Shown here: piece by piece, positions 1 to 8,926 of the stretch
Numbering within the stretch: the first letter of the stretch is position 1
How the letters are laid out: every line of letters begins with the position of its first letter
NCBI GenBank assembly: GCA_048938025.1
Contig: JBHLMP010000011.1
Span: 25,277 to 80,893 of the forward strand
Direction: 5' to 3'
Length of the DNA stretch: 55,617 nt
Origin: Promethearchaeota archaeon
Lineage (GTDB): Archaea; Asgardarchaeota; Lokiarchaeia; Sigyniarchaeales; SOKP01
The notes under the pieces: model-generated
Told to the model about the DNA's origin: nothing
Seen by the model: the letters and a program-made list of their open reading frames with translations, nothing else
Databases searched by the model: none
Program-made: the position numbers and the translations under genes

Positions 1-74
1 ATAAATATGGTTTAAAAGAAAACCAGAAGTTAATTTTATGGGCAAGAGTTATAGGCGGTTTTTTAAAAACTTAG
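1..74 (+). CDS. C-terminus of ubiquitin-like protein with di-glycine and 4-aa pro-peptide (partial, runs off window start)
   Basis: Frame starting at nt 3 reads KYGLKENQKLILWARVIGG-FLKT* (TAG 72-74), aligning by eye with ubiquitin DYNIQKESTLHLVLRLRGG. Next to E2 and JAMM genes. Confidence 0.75.
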   Translation, partial: KYGLKENQKLILWARVIGGFLKT

Positions 75-83
75 TGTTTTTAT

Positions 84-530
84 TTAGTCGTCTATGATAT
101 TTATGTCATCATTTTCCTTTTTCTCAGTATCCTTATAGACATCTTCAATTGAATATTTTTTCCGAATTTCTTTAATATCATGCTTTTTAAAATATTTAGC
201 TGCTTCTAAACATTCTGAATAATCTAAGGGGTCATTGGGATTAGGATTCTCAACTATTATTTTTAAAGCTCTGATTGTAGTAACTAAATCAGATAATCGA
301 GACCGCTTTTTTAAAATATTTAAACATATATATCCCGTTCCTTATTGATTTGATAAGGTCAATTCAACGGGGTGAATATTAGGATGAAATATTTTTGTTA
401 ACCATGAGAAATCTATTCCCCCTGGATAAGGGAAGGAATGATTTATTTTTAGAAATATTCGATGAGAATTTATTGGTGCTAAATCTGATTTTTCCTGAAT
501 GAATCCTAATGCTTTTAAATTTAAAACTAA
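84..530 (-). pseudogene. Ubiquitin-conjugating E2 (UBC) homolog, N-terminally truncated with an internal stop
   Basis: Hand translation: ...FPYPGGIDFSWLTKIFHPNIHPVELTLSNQ*GTGYICLNILKKRSRLSDL...VENPNPNDPLDYSECLEAAKYF.... HPN at 378-386, catalytic Cys at 324-326, in-frame TAA at 342-344, no in-frame ATG upstream. Confidence 0.85.
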
Positions 531-1015
531 TTTTGTGCTAATATAGCATAACTTACTGATTTGTAACCTTTTTTTGAGTCATCATCTACTGAAAAAAATT
601 CAAATTCATCCTGGATGGGGTCAATAACTAATGCAACTTGATATGGTTTGGAAAAGAAATATTTTTGAGTTAATAAATCTGTAGGAGATAAGAAACATCC
701 TAAATTAGGATGTGAGTGCCACCATCCTATAACTCTTAATTTATCATTATTTTTTTTCTTCTTAATTCTTTGAAATTTTTTCTGATACATTCCTGCGGTA
801 CCTTCTATTTGAGAGGTATAAAATTTATCGCTATAAATCGCGCCAATAAGAAATAGGGACTCTTCAATCAAAATATAAACTTCTCCTTGCCATTTTAATA
901 CATTTCCAATAAGGTAGCCAAAAATTTCAGACTTAGAATTTTGGCATAAAAATTTAATTTCTTTAATAGTCGTTTCATACACATATACTGGAAATATAAA
1001 ATCTTTTAAACTCAT
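527..1015 (-). CDS. JAMM/MPN+ (Rpn11/Mov34-like) metalloprotease, deubiquitinase-like
   Basis: N-terminal E (SEIFG) plus WWHSHPNLGCFLSPTD = HxH-x7-S-x2-D JAMM motif; ALVIDP. Confidence 0.92.
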   Translation of the reverse strand: MSLKDFIFPVYVYETTIKEIKFLCQNSKSEIFGYLIGNVLKWQGEVYILIEESLFLIGAIYSDKFYTSQIEGTAGMYQKKFQRIKKKKNNDKLRVIGWWHSHPNLGCFLSPTDLLTQKYFFSKPYQVALVIDPIQDEFEFFSVDDDSKKGYKSVSYAILAQN

Positions 1016-1911
1016 TGATTCAGCTCATAAATCCTTTCTTTGTTGATTGTAATATATAACATTTCATAAATTATTGAATTAATTTTATCATTAGCTTCTT
1101 CGGAGGTTGCTGATATACCATATGTTTTCAGTCCAAAGGATTCTTCAATTTTATCTGGCTTAAAAGAAGCATTTTTTAAATCCTGAAAATTGGCAATAAT
1201 ATAAAAATCTGCTTTCTCTACTCTTGATTTTAAAAATAAATATAGATTTTTTGTCCTCCCTAAATTAATTGCCCCGGAATTAGTGACAAGGCATATAACA
1301 TCCATAGTATTTAAAAGATGACTGTAAACCTTTGGATGATCCACTAAATCTTGAATATTGATCTCTATTAAAGTACACTCCTTAATTTTTTCAAAATTGT
1401 ATAATTTAATAGTTTTTCGAACAATTTGATTCATATCCTCATCGATATCTATTATTAATTCTCCCGGAAATAAATTCATTATTGTAGTTTTACCCACACT
1501 ATCTTCACCAGTTAATAATATTTTAGGAGGAATGAAGATGTGATTCTCTACAAATTCATCGAATGCTTCAAACTTTGATACATCTGAATCCCAATTTTTT
1601 AAATCATCATAATACCGTTTTATAAACTCCTCTTTTAGTATTTTTAAGTTTTCTCTTATTTCCTCTTCGGGATCATAAATGTCTGCAATTATTATAAAAA
1701 TACAATATTTTTCATCATCATAAGAATAATTAATATTAAAATTTTTGAAATTTAATGCTCTTATTTCTCCCCCACCAATTTTATGAGAAATATCGAGAAT
1801 TGCTGAGAGAAATCCACTTATGAAATCTTCATCAATCATGGCATGACCAAGTAGATTATATGAATAGCAGAGGATACCTTTTGATAATATAATTAGTACT
1901 TTAGATATCAT
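1012..1911 (-). CDS. Longin-like domain fused to small GTPase-like domain
   Basis: N-terminal GILCYS...ISGFLSAI longin-like pattern; P-loop GEDSVGKTT, G4-like ANFQD, G5-like SAT. Start probably ATG 1911 (track gives TTG 1941). ATGA overlap with JAMM gene. Confidence 0.8.
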   Translation of the reverse strand: MISKVLIILSKGILCYSYNLLGHAMIDEDFISGFLSAILDISHKIGGGEIRALNFKNFNINYSYDDEKYCIFIIIADIYDPEEEIRENLKILKEEFIKRYYDDLKNWDSDVSKFEAFDEFVENHIFIPPKILLTGEDSVGKTTIMNLFPGELIIDIDEDMNQIVRKTIKLYNFEKIKECTLIEINIQDLVDHPKVYSHLLNTMDVICLVTNSGAINLGRTKNLYLFLKSRVEKADFYIIANFQDLKNASFKPDKIEESFGLKTYGISATSEEANDKINSIIYEMLYITINKERIYELNQ

Positions 1912-2027
1912 CGGAGATTTCAGATTTTTATAAATGAACAATTAATTTAATAATAGTGAGAATGATTATTTAAAATAATCATTTAAATTTCTTTCATAAA
2001 ATAAATTATTTCTAAAATTAATTAAAA

Positions 2028-2198
2028 TTGTGCTCAGATTTGAATGATAAAAAAAAAGATTCGTATGTTCATAATTCTCATCCGAGTATCATAGAAATCG
2101 AAGAACAAGAAATCGAAGAAGGAAAACCTCCTAATAGTAAAATAATCTATTATAAAATTATGAATGATTCAAACACAGATTTGAAAGAAAAAAAATAA
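2028..2198 (+). CDS. Possible small charged protein (56 aa, TTG start)
   Basis: Open frame MCSDLNDKKKDSYVHNSHPSIIEIEEQEIEEGKPPNSKIIYYK... fills the intergenic gap. No homology recognised. Confidence 0.25.
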   Translation: MCSDLNDKKKDSYVHNSHPSIIEIEEQEIEEGKPPNSKIIYYKIMNDSNTDLKEKK

Positions 2199-2201
2199 TT
2201 A

Positions 2202-4100
2202 TTACTTTATATCTTCAATCATAGCAAGAAATAAACTCGTTATTTTATCCCATTTTTGCCTTGTATCATGATCAACCGATGCTTTAGTAGTTAATTCTTT
2301 TCCCTTTTTTAGATACTTAACTGCTAATTCATAATTTTCAAGCTCTTTATAACAGATACCTAATTTTATATAGGATTGGTTAAGATACCATTCATCACTG
2401 GCTAATTCTATTACTTTTTGAAATTGCTCTATGGCTTCTTTATACATCTCAAAATACATTAAAATTTCTCCATAAGTATCTCGATAAATACTATTCTCTG
2501 GAGCAGCTTTAACGACATCTCGAATTAATTTTAATGCTTCATCTTCTTTATTTAAATACTGTAACCAATAAGCTTTATAACTAAGTAAATCATAATCTTT
2601 TGGATATTTTTGGAGCAAATTGTTAATGATCTCTAGACCTACGTCAAGTTTTTGCATTCTTTTGAAAACATAGGCCTCTATAATTTTAATATCCTTCTCA
2701 TCTTCGGGAAAAACCTTTAACATTTTAGCTAATAACTCAAGAATCTTATCATAGTGGCTAAAACTTAAAAGGACTTTAACTTTTGAATAATATAAATCAA
2801 TTTTATTTGGTTCTAGGCTGATTGCTTTATCAATTTTATTAATTTCTCCATGATGATTCTTAATCTCTTTAAAATCTTTTGTTAGAAGTACCTCGGAAAT
2901 GTTTTGCCAGATAATACCCTCCAATTTATCATAAGCTTCCTTTAATTCGCCTTTAGTCTCAAGTTTATATGCTAAAAAATTAATATATTCTGGTAAAAAT
3001 TCTCTTAATGATTTCTTTAAATCCTCATGAAATAATGTCTCGCTGATTTCATTTAAAATATTATTTAATGTGATTTTAATACTTGATAATCTTGTAAATA
3101 ATTTATTCATATAAGTAAATTCTCTTATATGATCTTCGGTGATTGCCCGTAAAATTGTTTCCAGCTTTTCATTTTCTTGAAAATAATAATAATTATTTGG
3201 TGCCAACTGTAATTTAAAGATTTTTACTGGATATATATTATTTTCAACAATTTGATCAATATAATAGGTTAGAGTGTTTTCTTTAATTTCGTAAGTTTTA
3301 GAAAAATCCTTTGAAGAAATATAATCCGGATATTGATTAGGATGATTTATTGAAAGAAATAGTAGAATTTTATGAAAATCTTCTTCATCCTTTAGCATTG
3401 ATTCAACCCTATTGTAATCTAAATTCAAGCTATTATTAAGGAATCTAAATTGAGTACGTACATCCTTAATATTATACTTTTCAAAAAAAATTATTGTCTT
3501 TTTCGTAATATCTTCAATCCTCTTACTTTCCTCTTCTAAAATTGTTTGTCTATCTAAATCATAGTATTTTAGGATCCTTGAGTACTCAGATTTACCTGAT
3601 TGAGTAATTCTATATTCTTTACTCTCGGCATCCTTTCTAATAAATTGGTTATTGATCATTAATCTAATTGTTTTCGATAGGGATGATTGGTTAATAGAAA
3701 GAGGTTCCTCTAAAAAATCAGACCACTTACAATAATTATTATTGTATAACATCCAAAGAATCCAATGGTCATAATTCCTACTTTTTAGAATTATTTTTTG
3801 AGGATAGTTTAGCTTTCTTTTTTCTTCTTTAGTTTTAGATAAAGTATGAAATCTTATCTTGCCTTCATTAGTGATTTTGTATCGGCCTTTTGATATTCTG
3901 GTTATGTATCCTTCACTTCTTAAAGTATTAAGATGTCGAGATAATGTCGATGTAGGAATTTCAAGTGGCTTTGGAAGAAAATCAGACCATTCGCATTCTT
4001 CGTTGTTATTTAACATCCAAAGAATAATATGTTCATAATTTTTTCTTTCTAAAGTTGGAGGGTTAATTACTTCTTCTGAAGGATAATTTATTGGTACCAT
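2202..4100 (-). CDS. Tandem winged-helix (ArsR/MarR-like) + TPR protein, putative regulator
   Basis: Internal repeat NYEHIILWMLNNNEECEWSDFL..STLSRHL / NYDHWILWMLYNNNYCKWSDFL..SSLSKTI; C-terminal TPR-like helices (YRDTYGEILMYFEMYKEAIEQFQKVIEL). Confidence 0.8.
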   Translation of the reverse strand: MVPINYPSEEVINPPTLERKNYEHIILWMLNNNEECEWSDFLPKPLEIPTSTLSRHLNTLRSEGYITRISKGRYKITNEGKIRFHTLSKTKEEKRKLNYPQKIILKSRNYDHWILWMLYNNNYCKWSDFLEEPLSINQSSLSKTIRLMINNQFIRKDAESKEYRITQSGKSEYSRILKYYDLDRQTILEEESKRIEDITKKTIIFFEKYNIKDVRTQFRFLNNSLNLDYNRVESMLKDEEDFHKILLFLSINHPNQYPDYISSKDFSKTYEIKENTLTYYIDQIVENNIYPVKIFKLQLAPNNYYYFQENEKLETILRAITEDHIREFTYMNKLFTRLSSIKITLNNILNEISETLFHEDLKKSLREFLPEYINFLAYKLETKGELKEAYDKLEGIIWQNISEVLLTKDFKEIKNHHGEINKIDKAISLEPNKIDLYYSKVKVLLSFSHYDKILELLAKMLKVFPEDEKDIKIIEAYVFKRMQKLDVGLEIINNLLQKYPKDYDLLSYKAYWLQYLNKEDEALKLIRDVVKAAPENSIYRDTYGEILMYFEMYKEAIEQFQKVIELASDEWYLNQSYIKLGICYKELENYELAVKYLKKGKELTTKASVDHDTRQKWDKITSLFLAMIEDIK

Positions 4101-4176
4101 TTTCTGTGAAACTATACTTCAAGAATTTTAAATGAAAATAAGTAATATTTCTATATATATTTATTTTCTTGTAAGC

Positions 4177-4204
4177 CCATGGTAGCTCGGAATTACCATG
4201 GTAG
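4177..4204. promoter_or_regulatory. Candidate operator: CCATGGTAG direct repeat with palindromic cores
   Basis: CCATGGTAG at 4177-4185 and 4196-4204; TACCATGGTA perfect palindrome at 4194-4203. GC-rich patch in an AT-rich divergent intergenic region. Confidence 0.45.
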
Positions 4205-4302
4205 TACAACAATGAAAACTATATTTGGAATTAAATCATCACTTTCTTTAGATCATCTATATGATGATATAATCAAATTTAAAGAAAAGAGAGGTTAAAA
4301 AA

Positions 4303-5391
4303 ATGAAAAAATCAATAAAACAATTAATTATCCTAGCTATTGTTGGAATTTGTATTTTTAATTTTGCATTGTTTTCTTTTATTAACATAAATTTTAAAAC
4401 AGAAAATGAAAATGGAAATTTGAAAATCTCTGCGCCCCCAATTTATATCGATGATACCGATCCAAGCTATAATTGGTCTATTGCTAAAGATGCGGGAATA
4501 TGTACGGGTGAAGGCACTTATTCTGAACCTTATCTGATAGAAGGCGTAGTAATAGATGGTACTGGATTAGATCTTAATTTAATAATGATAGAAAATTCTG
4601 ATGTATTCTTTAGGATTGAAAATTGTATTCTCCAAGATGTTGAGGGATTGAATTCGGCAATTAGATTATCTAATGTTGATAATGGACAATTAATAAATAA
4701 TAACTGTACCATAGGAGGTTTTATGTCTACTGGAATACGTTTAGACTATAGTAATAATATCACTATCTCGGGTACTATATGTAGACCACCGTCCCCCACC
4801 GACTACGGTGGCAACTATGGGATAGCTTTGAGAAATAGTATTAATAACACCGTTTCGGGAAACATTTTGGACTCAAACAATGGTGCTGGAATATATATAT
4901 ATAACTCTAATGATAACTTCATTTCGGGAAATACCATAACCGCCGCGTGGACTGCAGCGATAGATATAACTTATTATAGTATGTACAACACCCTTTCGGA
5001 TAACATCATAAGTGGTGGTGCTCATAATGGGATAAGGATGGGTAATAGTAATAATAACACAATTTTGAGAAATACCGTTAATGATTTTATCGAAGCAGGA
5101 ATATATGTACTTGATAGTCATTATTCCATAATCTCAGAAAACACCGCAAACAACAATGGACACGGGATTAAGTTAGAAAATAGTGATTACAACATCGTTA
5201 CGGGGAATAATTTGCGTGGAAATGATGTTTGTATTGAGGAGATCGATTGTGAAAATAATGTGCTTAGCGATAACACGTGTGGTGGTGAAGCAGAAGCTAT
5301 TCCTGGATACCTTCTATTTTGGGTACTTGGAGCGATCTTTGTAGGATCAGCAATTAATATACTTATTATAATAAAGAAAAAAAGGAAATAA
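4303..5391 (+). CDS. Secreted NosD/CASH parallel beta-helix surface protein with Loki-CTERM-like anchor
   Basis: Signal peptide; GEGTYSEPYLIE; repeated GIxLxxSxNNxIxGN units; C-terminal IPGY + TM + KKKRK. Confidence 0.88.
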   Translation: MKKSIKQLIILAIVGICIFNFALFSFININFKTENENGNLKISAPPIYIDDTDPSYNWSIAKDAGICTGEGTYSEPYLIEGVVIDGTGLDLNLIMIENSDVFFRIENCILQDVEGLNSAIRLSNVDNGQLINNNCTIGGFMSTGIRLDYSNNITISGTICRPPSPTDYGGNYGIALRNSINNTVSGNILDSNNGAGIYIYNSNDNFISGNTITAAWTAAIDITYYSMYNTLSDNIISGGAHNGIRMGNSNNNTILRNTVNDFIEAGIYVLDSHYSIISENTANNNGHGIKLENSDYNIVTGNNLRGNDVCIEEIDCENNVLSDNTCGGEAEAIPGYLLFWVLGAIFVGSAINILIIIKKKRK

Positions 5392-5564
5392 TTTCCTTTC
5401 TAATCTTATTTTTTTTTTTAATATAAGATTTGTTTTTATTTTTGTTTTTTGTTTAATTTTTTCAAAGGAGTTTTCATTGAAATCAGACTCTGAATTTACC
5501 TTTCTGTTTTCATTAATTTTTTTCTGTCTTCATCAAATCTATTTAATATATTTAAAAATATTTT

Positions 5565-6506
5565 TTATATACTGAAACCATCATCAAAATCATCATATTC
5601 TACCTCAAGACGTTTCTTCTCCTCTTCTTTCTTCTCTTTCTTAATTTCTTTACGCTCCTTATATTTCATTTCATCGTATCTTTTAATATAAATTTCTTCA
5701 TATTTTTCTCTCAAGGATTCAACATCTTCAACGCCTCCTATTTTGTCCTCCAGTCCATCTTCAAAAAAATAGTTCTTCTTGAATTTGTTTGCCGGTATCC
5801 CTGCATATATCCACTCTCTTTCCAAAACTTGCCCAACAGTAGTAACTGAATTTGCTGCTAATATGCATTTTTGACCAATTTTGGTACCGGGCATAACTAT
5901 TGAATGGGAACCAATTCTTACATCATCTTCAATAATAGTCTTCCTGATTATTAAGAGGTTGCCAATAATAACCGCGGATTGAATAATTGCACCTTGACCA
6001 CAAACTACATTTTTGCCAAATTCTATAAATTCGGTGTCAACCCATCCCTCGAAAAGTGAATTTGAGATTTTTGTCTTTACTCCAAAAACCTTAAAGCAAA
6101 TATTATCTAGTGTTCCAGGGAAAGGAAATCTATGCGCAAGCCAGATGGGCCATCTCTTAATCGTATTTCGAAGACTCCAGTACCGATAATCTTTATCTTC
6201 AGGAGTTCTTAAAAATACCCCTTCCCTTGGGTGATGAATAGCATTAACTATAACCAACAAAATCTTTGCAAAAAATATTGCCGCAAAAACAATTGTGATA
6301 TACATTAAGATAGCTAAAAGGGGTAGAAATGTATAAAAATGTATGGGTCTTGTGTCATTCCATAGCAACCGCCAATAAACCCAAAATTCTAAGAGCAGTG
6401 GAATTATACTTGCCCATATTAGGAAAAAATAAAAAATTAAATATCTTTTTTTCACTAAAACAGTTGGAGTAAAAGGTCCCAATCTCATCGTGTTTGGTAC
6501 AGACAT
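5565..6506 (-). CDS. Membrane LbH (hexapeptide) acyltransferase-like protein, module M3 (locus A)
   Basis: Two TM helices, PREG motif, hexapeptide repeats (IEDDVRIGSHSIVMPGTKIG), WIYAGIPA. Start at MSVP (6506) by analogy with paralog 16701..17549. Confidence 0.8.
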   Translation of the reverse strand: MSVPNTMRLGPFTPTVLVKKRYLIFYFFLIWASIIPLLLEFWVYWRLLWNDTRPIHFYTFLPLLAILMYITIVFAAIFFAKILLVIVNAIHHPREGVFLRTPEDKDYRYWSLRNTIKRWPIWLAHRFPFPGTLDNICFKVFGVKTKISNSLFEGWVDTEFIEFGKNVVCGQGAIIQSAVIIGNLLIIRKTIIEDDVRIGSHSIVMPGTKIGQKCILAANSVTTVGQVLEREWIYAGIPANKFKKNYFFEDGLEDKIGGVEDVESLREKYEEIYIKRYDEMKYKERKEIKKEKKEEEKKRLEVEYDDFDDGFSI

Positions 6507-6510
6507 ATTT

Positions 6511-8388
6511 TTACATTTCCTCACTTTCTTTATTTTCTTGGTTAATTTTCTTAGCTTTAATCAATTCTCTTTTATCTTCGTCTATATTTACTTCATGTTC
6601 AATTTCAAATTTCCTTTCTTCATCGACATCTCTCTTCATAAGAATTTCCCTATGAGATAATGCATATTTATTTGGTTTGAATTTAGTAGCAGGAATTCCT
6701 GTATAAATCCACCCAGGCTCAAGAACTTGATTAACTGTCGTTGTACAAGCCCCACCCACCATTGTCTCTTTACCTATAATTGTACCTGGTACGATCGTGG
6801 TATGTGTACCAATCATTACGTAATCATCTAATATTACACTTCGAATTAATAGATATTTCCCAACAATCATCGAAGACATTATCACAGCAGCTTGACCGAC
6901 TAAATTCTTTCTCCCAAATTTAATAAATTCACCATCACACCAAGTATCAGCAAGATGGCTTGAAGTGTCCATATCAACACCAAATGATTTGAAAGCTATT
7001 ACATCCGTCCATGGAAAAGGCGAATTTCGTAAAAACCATAAAGATAATTTCCTTAGCTCAGTTCTTATCATCCAGAATTCAAAATCATTATCCCCTATCT
7101 CCGCTTTAAACACCCCTTCTCTGGGTTTGTGTAGTAAATTTATCAGTATTAGGAATAATTTACTAAATAGGAGGCAGGATAAAATGAAAAAATATATTGA
7201 GCCAAATAACGCTAAAGGTAAAAATGAAAGAATTGCAACCCAATTTTCATCGAGAAGATACCAATACCAAAAAATAGCAACCATAAAACCTGAAAGAAAA
7301 AAGATTGGAAGATAGAGTGCTAAAAATTTAATATTTATTCTGCTTATTGCTGAACTTGTAGTAAAATCGATAGCTAAATCTTCATCCGTTAATGTATGAA
7401 TATCAATTTGATTGTCAGTTAATTCAGTTATTAGTTGACCTTTATCGTTGTCAGATTTATTATTATTTCTTTCCTCAGCTTTTAATTTTTTCAACAGCTT
7501 TTTATCTCTATATCCTTCAATATTTTCATTTTTCTCTAAATCATTTGGAGATATGTTTAAATATTGCATTATCTTTCTCTTGAATATCCTTCTTAATGGT
7601 AACCCCCAGTAAAAATTGTTACCTTGTGTCACAGTATGTTTTACGCCTGAAGCCCATGGGAGTAAATAAGAGTCATCATGAATTTCTGAACCAGGACCAA
7701 ATAGATTCGATGTCGCCGCCGTAACATTATTTCCTACTTTAATTTTAAAATATGAGATATTCCCGAATATCCCTTCCACCACATGAGTCCCAAAAGCTGA
7801 ATCCACTCCGATATAGCAGTTATCGCCAATTTCGAGAAACTTATCATTAACTATAGATTCTTCTATTGTAGTACCCTTCCCCATTTTGCTTGCCCCTATA
7901 AAATTATAAAACCATTTACTAAGCCAGCTAAAAACCCCTTTCGCGAAAGCATTCTTTCCGTATTTAATCATGAAGGATCTTATATGATAATATTTTGCAG
8001 CTTCACTTCTGATATTTCGTGGAATAATTCCTTCTTTTGATGGCGAGATTTTTTCAGTTATTTTCCATAATATACGAGTAGCTAGAGCTAAAAAAAATAA
8101 ATGGAGTAAATAGCATCCAATAAGAACTAAAGGCATAGCTAATAGAGATAATAAAGGTTTAATCTCTATGAAGAGTGATAAAAAATTATTAGTTTCTAAA
8201 ACGTTTGGAAGAAAAAATTGTAGAGCATAATAAAAAAAGAGTAATCCGGCAAATACCCATGATGTATAAAAAATAATGGCAAATAAAGTTATATATACGT
8301 GATAATGCATTTTAACTTCTTCTTTTATGACTTCATCCTCTGAGTCACTCTCTCCAGCTTCTTCGCTCATTTTCTCTCCTTTATTCAC
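6511..8388 (-). CDS. Membrane double-LbH acyltransferase-like protein, modules M1+M2 (locus A)
   Basis: Two TM-hairpin + LbH units joined by a charged linker; GTHVVEG in M1; WIYTGIPA in M2. Confidence 0.82.
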   Translation of the reverse strand: MNKGEKMSEEAGESDSEDEVIKEEVKMHYHVYITLFAIIFYTSWVFAGLLFFYYALQFFLPNVLETNNFLSLFIEIKPLLSLLAMPLVLIGCYLLHLFFLALATRILWKITEKISPSKEGIIPRNIRSEAAKYYHIRSFMIKYGKNAFAKGVFSWLSKWFYNFIGASKMGKGTTIEESIVNDKFLEIGDNCYIGVDSAFGTHVVEGIFGNISYFKIKVGNNVTAATSNLFGPGSEIHDDSYLLPWASGVKHTVTQGNNFYWGLPLRRIFKRKIMQYLNISPNDLEKNENIEGYRDKKLLKKLKAEERNNNKSDNDKGQLITELTDNQIDIHTLTDEDLAIDFTTSSAISRINIKFLALYLPIFFLSGFMVAIFWYWYLLDENWVAILSFLPLALFGSIYFFILSCLLFSKLFLILINLLHKPREGVFKAEIGDNDFEFWMIRTELRKLSLWFLRNSPFPWTDVIAFKSFGVDMDTSSHLADTWCDGEFIKFGRKNLVGQAAVIMSSMIVGKYLLIRSVILDDYVMIGTHTTIVPGTIIGKETMVGGACTTTVNQVLEPGWIYTGIPATKFKPNKYALSHREILMKRDVDEERKFEIEHEVNIDEDKRELIKAKKINQENKESEEM

Positions 8389-8515
8389 AATATTATGTAT
8401 AAAAAATATCTTTAAATCTTATTCTATTAAAATGTAATTGTTCTTTTATATACTTTAAAAGATATGTTTTTTTTCTTTTAAAGTATTACCTATGGAATAA
8501 ACTATAAAATAGCCT

Positions 8516-8911
8516 ATGATAAATAAATGTGAAAATTGTGGTTTATGTTGTTATGAAACAGAAATGATTTTATCTTCTCAAGATATTGAATTAATTCTTA
8601 GCAATAATCCAAAAGGCATAATGAAAGAAGATTTTGTATTTAAAAATAAAGATGGATTTTATCAATTAAAAAATCGCAATGGTCATTGTGTTTTTTTAAA
8701 CGGGACTTCAAAAACCTGTAAAATCTATAACATTCGTCCTCAAGGTTGCAAATTCTACCCCCTAATTTATGATTTCTATAAAAAAAAATGTATAATTGAT
8801 GAGGAGTGCCCAAGAATCCATTTATTCTATCAAAACAAAAATAAGTTAAAAAGTATATGTGATAATTTAAAGAAATTTGCAAGAAATCAATTAAACATTA
8901 ATTTAAATTAA
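8516..8911 (+). CDS. YkgJ family cysteine-cluster protein
   Basis: CENCGLCC...CVFL...CKIYNIRPQGCKFYP. Confidence 0.9.
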   Translation: MINKCENCGLCCYETEMILSSQDIELILSNNPKGIMKEDFVFKNKDGFYQLKNRNGHCVFLNGTSKTCKIYNIRPQGCKFYPLIYDFYKKKCIIDEECPRIHLFYQNKNKLKSICDNLKKFARNQLNINLN

Positions 8912-8926
8912 AATAATTCAAGATTT

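Noticed and set aside
342-344. Possible recoding of the E2 internal stop
   Set aside because: The codon is TAA, in a variable loop rather than at a catalytic Cys, and the gene has other lesions.
2093-2120. AGAAATCGAAGAA tandem repeat
   Set aside because: Only two copies, explained by EIEE codons in a possible small ORF; not CRISPR-like.
5381-5460. Hairpins and T-runs after the beta-helix gene
   Set aside because: Ordinary terminator-like T-rich sequence between convergent genes; cannot be delimited reliably.
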